Shown here in pieces: positions 16,824 to 25,544 of a stretch of DNA of 64,000 bases; position 1 is the first letter of the stretch, and every line of letters starts with the position of its first letter. The position numbers were made by a program, and so were the translations under genes. This DNA comes from Anaerolineae bacterium (GTDB taxonomy: Bacteria > Chloroflexota > Anaerolineae > 4572-78 > J111): assembly GCA_020433805.1 (NCBI GenBank), contig JAGRBZ010000007.1, positions 249 through 64,248 of the forward strand, written 5' to 3'. Below the pieces are notes generated by a model. That model ran no database searches. It was given only the letters and a program-made list of their open reading frames with translations, and was not told the DNA's origin.

Positions 16824-19800
16824 TGGTGTTTCACCCTATCGTGCAGCAGTTATCGCCTAGTGAAGAACAAACCCCGGCTATTCTGGCTCGCAACCAGGAA
16901 GTGGTAGTCACCGCCGGCGCCGGAACCGGCAAAACCCGGACGCTGGTAGCCCGCTATCTGGCCTTGCTCAGCGAGGGAACGGGGCTGCGCAGCATTGTGG
17001 CTATTACGTTTACCCAAAAGGCGGCCCGGGAAATGCGCAATCGCCTGCGGGATGCCATTCGCGAATATCTGGACCGAACTGACTTATCCGAGGACGAGCG
17101 GGGCTTATGGCAAGCGCATTACAGCACGCTCGATGCGGCCCGGGTCAGCACCATCCACAGCCTGTGTGCCGAAATCTTGCGCGCTCATCCCGCTGAGGCT
17201 GGCCTTGATCCTCGCTTTGAAGTACTGGAGGAAGGGCTGACCAACGTCTTGCGAGAACAGGTCATTGCCGAAAGCCTGACCTGGGCGGCCAATCAGCCGG
17301 AGGTAGTCTCGCTGTTTGGGCTACTGGGCGAGGCGGTGTTGCGCCGCACCCTGGCGGTGCTATTAAACCGGCGGCTTGAAACCAGCGCGATTTTTGCCAC
17401 GATGCCGGATAACCTCATCGAACATTGGCACCAGCACCTGAGCCAGACTCAGGCCCAGGTGTTGGCCGTATTGACCAGCAGCACAGCCTGGCAGGCCAAC
17501 CTCGAAACCCTACGACAAAACGAACCAACGAATTCAGCCGACAAATTAGAAGCCCATCGCCAGACGGCGTTAGCCGTGGCGGCTAACCCGACCGGCTTGC
17601 TGGCCCATCTGGACACCATTAAGCTGAATGTTGGCAGTCAGAAAAACTGGCCAGGCGGGGCGGAACAGGTGGCTGAGGTTAAAGCAGCCTTGAAAACCAT
17701 CCGTGAGCTGTGGAAGAAAGAAAAACAATTCTTATTATTGGCCTTGAATGAATTGGACGAGACAGCAGCCGACGCCTTGCCCCGGTTGCGCCGGTTGTTT
17801 CAGTACGGCCATGATCGTTTCATTGCCCTGAAAGAAGCTCAAAACAGCCTTGATTTTGACGATCTCGAGGATAAGACCTTGCGCCTGTTACGTGACCAGG
17901 AAACGGTCCGCCAGCGTTGGCAGCGCGACATCCAGGCCATTCTGGTCGACGAGTTTCAGGACACCAATGACCGCCAGCGAGACTTGGTGGCATTGCTCAA
18001 TGGCGACCAGGGCAAATTGTTCATTGTTGGTGATGCCAAACAATCGATCTATCGCTTTCGCGGCGCTGATGTCAGCGTTTTTCGAGCCGAACGAGACGAG
18101 ATAGTGGCCCGGGGCGGGCAACACGTTCCGCTTGAAACGTCGTATCGGGCCCACAGCGATTTGATTGAGGGCATGAATGAATTGTTGGCCCCGGTGCTGG
18201 GTCGCGCTGCCGACCCGACACGCCCCTGGCTTGAGCCGTTTTCGGCGCTAGAGCCGCATCGCCAAGTAGCCGGCCAGGGCTTCACGGCGCCGCATATCGA
18301 GCTCCATCTCACGGTCGGTAGCAAAAGCGACGGTGCTCTGGACCACGCCGCCAGCGTGTTGGTCAATCGCCTGATCGAACTCGTTGAAGCAGAGGAAATC
18401 TACACCGGTGTAGGTGATAAGGCTCGCCGACTGGATTACGGCCATGTCGCCATCCTGTGCCGCTCATCCACTTCCTTCGCAGCCTATGAGGATGCGCTGG
18501 AAGCAGCCGGCATTCCGTTTTTAACGGTGGCCGGGCGGGGCTTTTATGAGCGGCCGGAAATTCGGGATTTGCTCAATGCCTTGCAAGCCATTGCCGACCC
18601 GACCGACGACTTGGCCCTGGTGGGGCTGCTCCGCTCACCGGCTTTCTCCCTCTCTGATGAAGGGCTGTATCGCCTCCACCAGGCTCGAACCCAGACATCA
18701 AGCTCATTTTGGGAAACCCTCACCTCAAGCGCACTCCATCTGTCTGAGACAGAAAAGCTGCGCCTTGATCGGACCAGGCCCATCATTGACAGGCTGCACC
18801 GCCAGGTGGGCCGTATGCCGGTCGCGGATATTCTGAAGCAATTTCTGGATGAGACGGATTACCGCGCCGCTTTGATCCAAATTGGCCAGCAGCGCAGCGC
18901 CCGCAATGTTAGCAAGTTGCTGGCCGATGCCAACACCGCGGAGTTAGTCAGCGTCAATGAGTTTCTAGCTTATATTAATAACTTGCGTGACAGTGGTAGT
19001 CGTGAAGGTGAAGCCCGGACTCCGGCTGAAGGGGCAGTGCAATTGTTGACTATTCACGCTGCCAAAGGGTTGGAATTTCCGGTCGTGGCCCTGGGCGATG
19101 TTAGTTACAAACCTCCAACCTGGCAAGAAATTCTAATTGACCCCGAATTGAGCCTCTTGATCCCTCATCGGGATGAGGAGAAAAATATAGCGGCCAGTTA
19201 TCTACTGGGCAATCGTACAGACAGCGAGCAGGAGGAGGCCGAATTCAAGCGCCTGCTATATGTGGCCGTTACCCGGGCCGAAGAAAAGGTGCTGTTGAGT
19301 GGAGCCATTAGCTTGAATAAGGACAATAAACTTAAGCGGGCCAGCGGCTGGTTGGCGCTGCTAGCCGAAACCGACAATCTGGGGTTGGGGGATCTGACCA
19401 TTGAACATAATGAGACCGGTGACAAAGCCATTGAATTGACATTAAGCGTGGGACAGAGTCCGGTGAGGTGCACCAATTACGAGCCGGGCTACAGTTTCAC
19501 GCAATCTGGTCGTATCGCCACGGTTGAGCCGGAGATATTGGCTCCGGTGCCGCCGCCTTTGCTCGATCCTGTGACTGTGTCAAAAGCACCGCTTCCGGCT
19601 GAGCGACTACCGCGTATCGCCCGAGTCGTTTCGTCGGCGGTACGCCGGCGTGCGCCGGCCTGGGTGGTGGGGGATTTAACGCACAAAGCCCTGGCGACCT
19701 GGCGTTTTGGCGAGGATGGCTTCGAGGTTTGGCTGGCAGCCCAGGCCCGCAATTATGGTCTGACGGATAATGAGCAGGTCACCGATGCTGTTCAAAAAGC

Positions 19801-20164
19801 GCAGCAAATGTTAGGGCGGTTCCAAAGCCACGAATTGTACCACAGGATGAACAGCGCCGAGCGCTGTCTGCACGAGGTTCCTTATAGTCTGCCCGTGGAC
19901 GGCGCCGTGGAGTCAGGCAGAATGGATGCCTTGTTTCTTCAGGACGATACGTGGCACGTGGTTGAATTCAAAACTGATGCTGTGCGTGACGAGTCTGAAC
20001 GAGAGAGGGTGCTGGCCCAAACCGATTATCTGGCCCAGGTTCAGCGTTACCGGCAGGTAATTGAGGTCATGCTGGGCCAGAAGCCGAAAATCATTTTCTG
20101 CTGGCTCAACTATGCCGGTCGGGTTGAGGTGCGGACTGATTTACGTAGTAAAACAGAAGCTTGA
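16823..20164 (+). CDS. addA: AddA/UvrD-like helicase-nuclease subunit
   Basis: TAGAGTGKT, ITFTQKAAREMRNR, ILVDEFQDTN, FIVGDAKQSIYRFRGA, TIHAAKGLEFPVV, LLYVAVTRAEEKV. C-terminal RecB-type nuclease GRMDALF...HVVEFKTD. Start set at ATG 16823 (TGATG overlap with the addB stop, GGGAGGA Shine-Dalgarno), not the ORF-track start 16787. Confidence 0.9.
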   Translation: MVFHPIVQQLSPSEEQTPAILARNQEVVVTAGAGTGKTRTLVARYLALLSEGTGLRSIVAITFTQKAAREMRNRLRDAIREYLDRTDLSEDERGLWQAHYSTLDAARVSTIHSLCAEILRAHPAEAGLDPRFEVLEEGLTNVLREQVIAESLTWAANQPEVVSLFGLLGEAVLRRTLAVLLNRRLETSAIFATMPDNLIEHWHQHLSQTQAQVLAVLTSSTAWQANLETLRQNEPTNSADKLEAHRQTALAVAANPTGLLAHLDTIKLNVGSQKNWPGGAEQVAEVKAALKTIRELWKKEKQFLLLALNELDETAADALPRLRRLFQYGHDRFIALKEAQNSLDFDDLEDKTLRLLRDQETVRQRWQRDIQAILVDEFQDTNDRQRDLVALLNGDQGKLFIVGDAKQSIYRFRGADVSVFRAERDEIVARGGQHVPLETSYRAHSDLIEGMNELLAPVLGRAADPTRPWLEPFSALEPHRQVAGQGFTAPHIELHLTVGSKSDGALDHAASVLVNRLIELVEAEEIYTGVGDKARRLDYGHVAILCRSSTSFAAYEDALEAAGIPFLTVAGRGFYERPEIRDLLNALQAIADPTDDLALVGLLRSPAFSLSDEGLYRLHQARTQTSSSFWETLTSSALHLSETEKLRLDRTRPIIDRLHRQVGRMPVADILKQFLDETDYRAALIQIGQQRSARNVSKLLADANTAELVSVNEFLAYINNLRDSGSREGEARTPAEGAVQLLTIHAAKGLEFPVVALGDVSYKPPTWQEILIDPELSLLIPHRDEEKNIAASYLLGNRTDSEQEEAEFKRLLYVAVTRAEEKVLLSGAISLNKDNKLKRASGWLALLAETDNLGLGDLTIEHNETGDKAIELTLSVGQSPVRCTNYEPGYSFTQSGRIATVEPEILAPVPPPLLDPVTVSKAPLPAERLPRIARVVSSAVRRRAPAWVVGDLTHKALATWRFGEDGFEVWLAAQARNYGLTDNEQVTDAVQKAQQMLGRFQSHELYHRMNSAERCLHEVPYSLPVDGAVESGRMDALFLQDDTWHVVEFKTDAVRDESERERVLAQTDYLAQVQRYRQVIEVMLGQKPKIIFCWLNYAGRVEVRTDLRSKTEA

Positions 20165-20425
20165 TCCTATAATAAAACTATAACATTTCCTTTGACTGAT
20201 CAGGGTGAAATCACGTAACTTAAATCTCCTACCTAATTGTGAACTATTTTAACCTAACCCAGCCTAATTCCCTGTCCGGCGAATAATCAGATTGATGTGC
20301 ACTTCTAGCGTAAACCAACTAACCTGACGTCATTGAGAAATTAACCTAAGCCTGCTACCATCTATAGTGTACTTTGTTTTTTGAGTACGGCCTCTTGAAT
20401 GGATACCAAAGAAACTGTTTGAGTT

Positions 20426-23400
20426 ATGTCGAAATTCAGAACATTACGAAATAGAGATGCTTCGAGCACTGTTCGGGGATATGTCTATCAAGTTGATCTT
20501 ACAATCGAAAAGTGGTTAAAGTTACAGCCTGAAGAAATTCTTGAACTTGAATGTGGAGAAGATATAGATCTTATTTCACCCTTGCTTACTGTTATTCCTG
20601 AAGAAGAGCAACGACTGCTTGAACAAATCAAGCAGCGAGAGAGGCCAATCACATTACGAAGTGATGAAGCAATTGAAGCGCTTGCTAATTTCTTGGAGCA
20701 TCGCAAGAGCAATCCTAGCATAGAGCTTATTTTTCAGTATACAACCAGTGCTAAAATAGGCAAGGAACAAAAATCACCAATGACAGATAAAATGGCTGCT
20801 ATTGTTGCCTGGGAAAATATTCGTACAGGCATCTGGCGTAATCCAGATGATCCCAAATTTAAGAAGGCGCTGGATGGTATTTGGAGAATTTTGCACACAA
20901 AGCAAAAGCCTCAAAGCGTACCCCAGAAAACTTGGCAAATCTTTAGAGACTTCCTCGAGGAGTCTGATAGGGAAAAGTTGCTTGAAGTAATCCGCAAATT
21001 TATCTGGAACACAAACACTCGTCCTGCCAGTGATATGAGGCTACGTATTCAACAATTACTTGTGGACAATCGATATGCTAGCAGTGAAACCGAAGCCGAA
21101 GCACAGTATCCAAGACTATTTCTATACATATTCAAGCTGCTCTCTAAGAGCGATGAAAAACAACTCACGGTAAAAAACAGGGAAGAGCAATTAGCTTTGC
21201 CCTGGTTGGACAACAATACTCAAGAATTGTTAGACACACTCATGGCAAAACTCGTGAATGTAACCACCGTTGAGCAATTGTTCAGCAACAACCCTGCCTA
21301 TGAGAATATTGAAACGTTATATGTCCCTCCCCTGGAATTTGAGACAATCAAATCTGTACTTCAAGAAAAGAATATGGTTTGTATTGTGGGCGAGCCACAT
21401 ATGGGTAAGACCTTCACGGCCGTATATCTCTTGTTGTCCTATTATCGTCAGGGCTATCACATCCATTTAATGGGGAACGATAATAGAATATCTATTGCCG
21501 GGCGTTATTCCTGGTCAGATTACGACAAAGATGACCTCAGAAAGTTTATCCAACCTGGTCAAATCACTTATATAGACGACCCATATGGTGCGACGGAAGA
21601 AGACTTCAAATATGCTCAAGAGAGATTTGATTTAAAAATACTTCTGGACGCAGTTCAGTCCAATGATAATGATCATCAACCGCCTAAACTTATCGTCACA
21701 ATGCGAAGGTCGGTTTTTGAACGAGTTGTGCAAGATACCCCACAGATAAGACAGCTTATACTCGATATTTACAAAGGCACTTCCTATGATGAGGAAAGCC
21801 GTCGCATCGTTTTAAGTAGATATATCAATTTCCTTGAACCAAAGTGGGCTTCGGACAACCCGATAATGCAAACAGTCCTTGAAACCGCGCCTAATAAATT
21901 GGTTGCTCCGCACAATATTTATTGGTTTGTTGACCACTCTAAAGATCACGAAAAATTAAATGATGTGTTATTGGCAATGAAAAACGCTAAGGAAATTGTC
22001 CCAGCATTAGCAAGTGAGATAAATCATCTTTCATCAGAGCTTGATCAACTTGTATTTGTAACCATGTATATTACTGATTTCAAACCTGGCTTTCAACGTT
22101 TCCCTCACATGGGCTTGCCTGGCCGTAACTGTTTTAATCACTATCAGATTTTTGCCGAAGCATTAGGTCATAATGACCCTGAAAAAGTTCTCCAGAGATT
22201 TAAAGCTACTTTAGCAAATTGGTCGGCTGTATTTATGGCAATTGGGTTGAAGAGCATTGGAACCGAGTCTCAACATATCGCCGGTGCTGTTTTCCAACAT
22301 CCTTCATTTGCAGAAGCAACGGCTCAATTTATTGAGAAAAGCAAGACCAAAGGTGTTTTTGCAGAATTATGTCTTCAATTCCAAAAGCTCATTTTTGATG
22401 CACAAACTTATGATTCAGCGATGATGTTGGTTCACCCATTGTTTAGACACTTTGAATGTTTACGGCCTGCTGTGTTAGACCAAACTCAAGAGTCATTTAG
22501 AACCGGCGAAAAGTTTGCCCAAAGGACGATTGTTGAAGCATTATTGGCAAATTATCATCAACTCCCGAGCCAACTTCAGCCATTTTTTGATGAGCTGGAC
22601 CCTGAAAACGATAAAGAGATCTGGTATATGTTTATGAAGGCTGCTTGGCCGAATCCTAATCTATTAGTTGAACAAAGAATAGAACTCTGGCGACGGGCGC
22701 TGATTGGAGGCGTTGTATATCCGCCTAATCCACTTTCCTCTAATCTGATGGACGGACCATTTTTGTACTATAGACGGTTGCCAAGCGAATTGCAGAAAAT
22801 CATCCTCGCTTATTTTGAGTTACGCAATCAATATGGCTGGTATTGTGTAGCTTATGCTCTTCTTAATAATTACAATTATCTCCCAGAAGAACTCCAAGAA
22901 TGGTTTCCAATATTGGCATCTGAGGGGGATGAGTACGTAGTTTACCAAATTATGTCAGCTTTGAGGAGTAATTATGAGGGTTTGCCTACTGAAGTTCAAG
23001 CTCTGGTAGTAGATTTCGGAACTGATGAAAATTGGAAATATCGTGCTTATATTGCTCAAATGTTTTGGCATAAAACTGAAACTTTACGATCTGATCATGC
23101 TAAACTTGTAATAGATCTAGCATTACAGGACCAAGACAGCCGTGTCCGTTTGTCAGTCGTCTACAGCCGACTTGTCTTAGCAAGTCTACAGAAAATAGAG
23201 GAGATGGATTCGGCGTATCCCTCAAAAATCTTTAATAGTTTGTTTTACTCTGAGTATCCTGAAGATAAGGCCGGCGTTCTTTTCTCAATATTCGATACAG
23301 CTAGATTCTGGAATGGTTCGAGGGAAGCAGAAGTTTATCGGCGACGATTTGCTGATTTGGTGGCAAGTACGGAACCAATCGTCATTGCAATGATGAGATA

Positions 23401-23542
23401 TAAATTGCAGGAAGACTACCCCTCAAGTTTACCACCACTACCACCTATCACATTACCAGAAACGGAATTGTCCCAATACAAGAGCGAGGTTGAATCGTTG
23501 ACGAGTGGATTGGTCAGCGTCAACTATGGGCCAGGCCATTAG
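20426..23542 (+). CDS. Cap4/DUF4297-like PD-(D/E)xK nuclease head + STAND-type P-loop NTPase + HEAT-like repeat tail (Avs-like antiviral NTPase candidate)
   Basis: N-terminus STVRGYVYQVDLTIEKWL...LECGEDIDLI...LEQIKQR. Walker A VGEPHMGKT (aa 321-329). Walker B ITYIDDPYG (aa 380-388). Four spaced repeats carry NY-x-x-LP-[SET]-[EQ]-[LV]-Q (aa 704-864). AT-rich relative to the flanks. Confidence 0.7.
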   Translation: MSKFRTLRNRDASSTVRGYVYQVDLTIEKWLKLQPEEILELECGEDIDLISPLLTVIPEEEQRLLEQIKQRERPITLRSDEAIEALANFLEHRKSNPSIELIFQYTTSAKIGKEQKSPMTDKMAAIVAWENIRTGIWRNPDDPKFKKALDGIWRILHTKQKPQSVPQKTWQIFRDFLEESDREKLLEVIRKFIWNTNTRPASDMRLRIQQLLVDNRYASSETEAEAQYPRLFLYIFKLLSKSDEKQLTVKNREEQLALPWLDNNTQELLDTLMAKLVNVTTVEQLFSNNPAYENIETLYVPPLEFETIKSVLQEKNMVCIVGEPHMGKTFTAVYLLLSYYRQGYHIHLMGNDNRISIAGRYSWSDYDKDDLRKFIQPGQITYIDDPYGATEEDFKYAQERFDLKILLDAVQSNDNDHQPPKLIVTMRRSVFERVVQDTPQIRQLILDIYKGTSYDEESRRIVLSRYINFLEPKWASDNPIMQTVLETAPNKLVAPHNIYWFVDHSKDHEKLNDVLLAMKNAKEIVPALASEINHLSSELDQLVFVTMYITDFKPGFQRFPHMGLPGRNCFNHYQIFAEALGHNDPEKVLQRFKATLANWSAVFMAIGLKSIGTESQHIAGAVFQHPSFAEATAQFIEKSKTKGVFAELCLQFQKLIFDAQTYDSAMMLVHPLFRHFECLRPAVLDQTQESFRTGEKFAQRTIVEALLANYHQLPSQLQPFFDELDPENDKEIWYMFMKAAWPNPNLLVEQRIELWRRALIGGVVYPPNPLSSNLMDGPFLYYRRLPSELQKIILAYFELRNQYGWYCVAYALLNNYNYLPEELQEWFPILASEGDEYVVYQIMSALRSNYEGLPTEVQALVVDFGTDENWKYRAYIAQMFWHKTETLRSDHAKLVIDLALQDQDSRVRLSVVYSRLVLASLQKIEEMDSAYPSKIFNSLFYSEYPEDKAGVLFSIFDTARFWNGSREAEVYRRRFADLVASTEPIVIAMMRYKLQEDYPSSLPPLPPITLPETELSQYKSEVESLTSGLVSVNYGPGH

Positions 23543-23752
23543 CAAATCAAAAACCAGGAAAAGGGCCAAGAATCCTGATGTGCATTTCAACTAACTCCGT
23601 GGTGTAACAATGTGTCAGCAAGCGTCGATGCATTCGATTTGTATGATGGGGTGTACAGCGGTGTTACTCAACGGATTGATGGTGATTCTTATCTAAAATT
23701 TTCGATGTCTTTAAATATTTGGAAAACTATGAAGAAATTATAGTATTTTCCT

Positions 23753-25072
23753 CTTAGTAACAGAGGGGGTAGCCATTTGCCAGTATCTAGGGAGGAAGGA
23801 CGAAATGGGCAACAAGGTCGGGATCAGGTAGAGCTGGCAAAATAGGAAAAGGAACCCCCTGGTTCAAAATATGATCTAAAAAGATAAAACCTAATTGAAC
23901 TAAACTATGATAAAAGGCATCGGTACGCACCAGACAACGAAAGATGCCCGAAAAAATGGCTTCAATGCCTAACAAAATGAGCAGATAATAAGCCACCGCG
24001 GCAGCCAACAAAAAGCGTTCCAGGCGTTCAGGCGTACGAATACGGGTCCGATCCAACTGAAAGCCCCGGCTCTTGAAATCGGCAAAACAGGTTTCAATAG
24101 TAAAGCGGTGTTCATACCACTGTTTGGCCTCTTGTTGAGTGGGACAGTTGGTCACAAAAAAGATATGGTGTTGTTCGGTCTGGTGCCAGGCAATGAAAAT
24201 ATTCAAGCCTGCAACTGGCTGCTTATGAATGAAAGGACAGTGTAGCAACAAAGCTGTATCGGTTGAGGCAAGGCCCAATTCCTGCCCGATTTCCGTCAGC
24301 GACAGCCATTTACCATCAAAATAAGCCAGATGGCTGTGACTGGTACGACAGACAAACTGCCAGTTGGTTTGTTGAGTGAGCCAGGTTAAGACCTGTGTCC
24401 CATCAAACTCAGCATCAGCCACGAACACCACTTGGCTAGCAGTTGGCACTAAAGTGGCCACATATTGTAAAAGTTCAAGTTGTTCCTGTTGAGGGGTATG
24501 TCCTTTCTTGCCTTTCAAACAATGCCAGGCAATTGGAATGGCCCGCTTTTTGTAATAGACACTGACCAGCAAACACAGACAGCGACCGCCCAATTTGGTA
24601 CTATCCATCATTAACACCAGTGGCTGGTTGGGAGCTAGGCGCTGCAACATTTGCCTGGCTAAAGGTTATAGACAGACTTGACCTGCAACCATCGGCTTTT
24701 GATAAAACGTTCAAAACGGCTGACCAGGCTGGGTGTCTTGTAGTCGTACAGGACTTTTTGGGCTATCTTGGTCAACCGTCCATCCCGACTGCGTAACAAG
24801 CCTGTGACCAACATGGCCAGGCTCAGCCGATGTTCTGCCAGCAGGTAGGGAAATTGTTGGCTCAGTTCGTCGACTATGAAACGAAACAAGCGAGCGGCAT
24901 CACTATTATTCTGTCTTTTTTTGTCGTCGTTTACGACGGCGTTGATATTTGTTACATCGGGTCTGGTATTGTTTTCGGATCGTTTGCATTTCTCAGCTCC
25001 TTCATATTTTTTAGCTGTACTTTGCTAAACTTTATCCGTTTTTGTCAATTCCTGACCCCCTACGTTACTAAG
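23753..25072 (-). mobile_element. IS4-family insertion sequence (1320 bp) with imperfect terminal inverted repeats (IRs) and 8-bp target duplication
   Basis: Ends are CTTAGTAACAGAGGGGG (23753-) and the reverse complement of CCCCCTACGTTACTAAG (-25072). ATTTTCCT flanks both sides directly (23745-23752 and 25073-25080). The transposase carries a Y-x2-R-x3-E-x6-K motif (YEHRFTIETCFADFK). Confidence 0.85.
23787..24889 (-). pseudogene. IS4-family DDE transposase, split by a 1-nt deletion
   Basis: ORFs 24659-24889 and 23787-24650 are one gene. Copy 2 reads ...VYEPLARQMLQR... continuously. This copy reads ...VYNL* and then restarts at MLQR in another frame (aacctttagcc versus gagcccttggcc). Confidence 0.75.
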
Positions 25073-25130
25073 ATTTTCCTCTTGGAGATTTTTTGAGGGC
25101 ATAGCAAACCTTTTTGCACGAAACCACTGG

Positions 25131-25374
25131 TTACAACTTGCGATCAATAACAACCAAGATTTTCATCCAGTTTGTACCATTCTCTAGTCGTTTCTGATGA
25201 TAGACTTGATATTCGGGTACTGTTCGTACGATACCAACCGCCAATAACCATAAAATCCGAGGCCTGAAACGATTGCCTTGATGGGACATTGTCTTCTGTT
25301 CTTGACAAGCCAAAGTAACTGAGGAGATGTTTAAGAGGATGAAACCGGTCGAGTGAGTCTAACTCAGCCAACAC
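25131..25374 (-). pseudogene. IS110-family transposase C-terminal remnant (frameshifted)
   Basis: Two overlapping frames give ...LDRFHPLKHLLSYFGLS... and ...GNRFRPRILWLLAVGIVRTVPEYQVYHQKRLENG...VVIDRKL, which resembles the IS110 C-terminal domain. No N-terminal part is present. Confidence 0.5.
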
Positions 25375-25544
25375 TGTGCCCAGTGACAGATAGCTACCAT
25401 AGCCTAAGTTACCATGAAAAGAGTCAAGAGAGTATCTTAGGTTAAGATAATTTTATGATTAAGATTTAGACTGGTTTCACATAGAAATAATGTTCTGATA
25501 CAATAGTTATTATTGTCCCAATAAGGTTGCAAGAGGAACCAAGT

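Noticed and set aside
13645-20164. Many antisense or out-of-frame ORFs inside addB and addA (for example 15492-16256, 254 aa; 14040-14390; 18049-18366; 19489-19752)
   Set aside because: These are typical shadow ORFs of GC-rich coding sequence. They have low-complexity Arg/Gly/Pro-rich translations and no motifs, and they are fully contained in well-supported genes.
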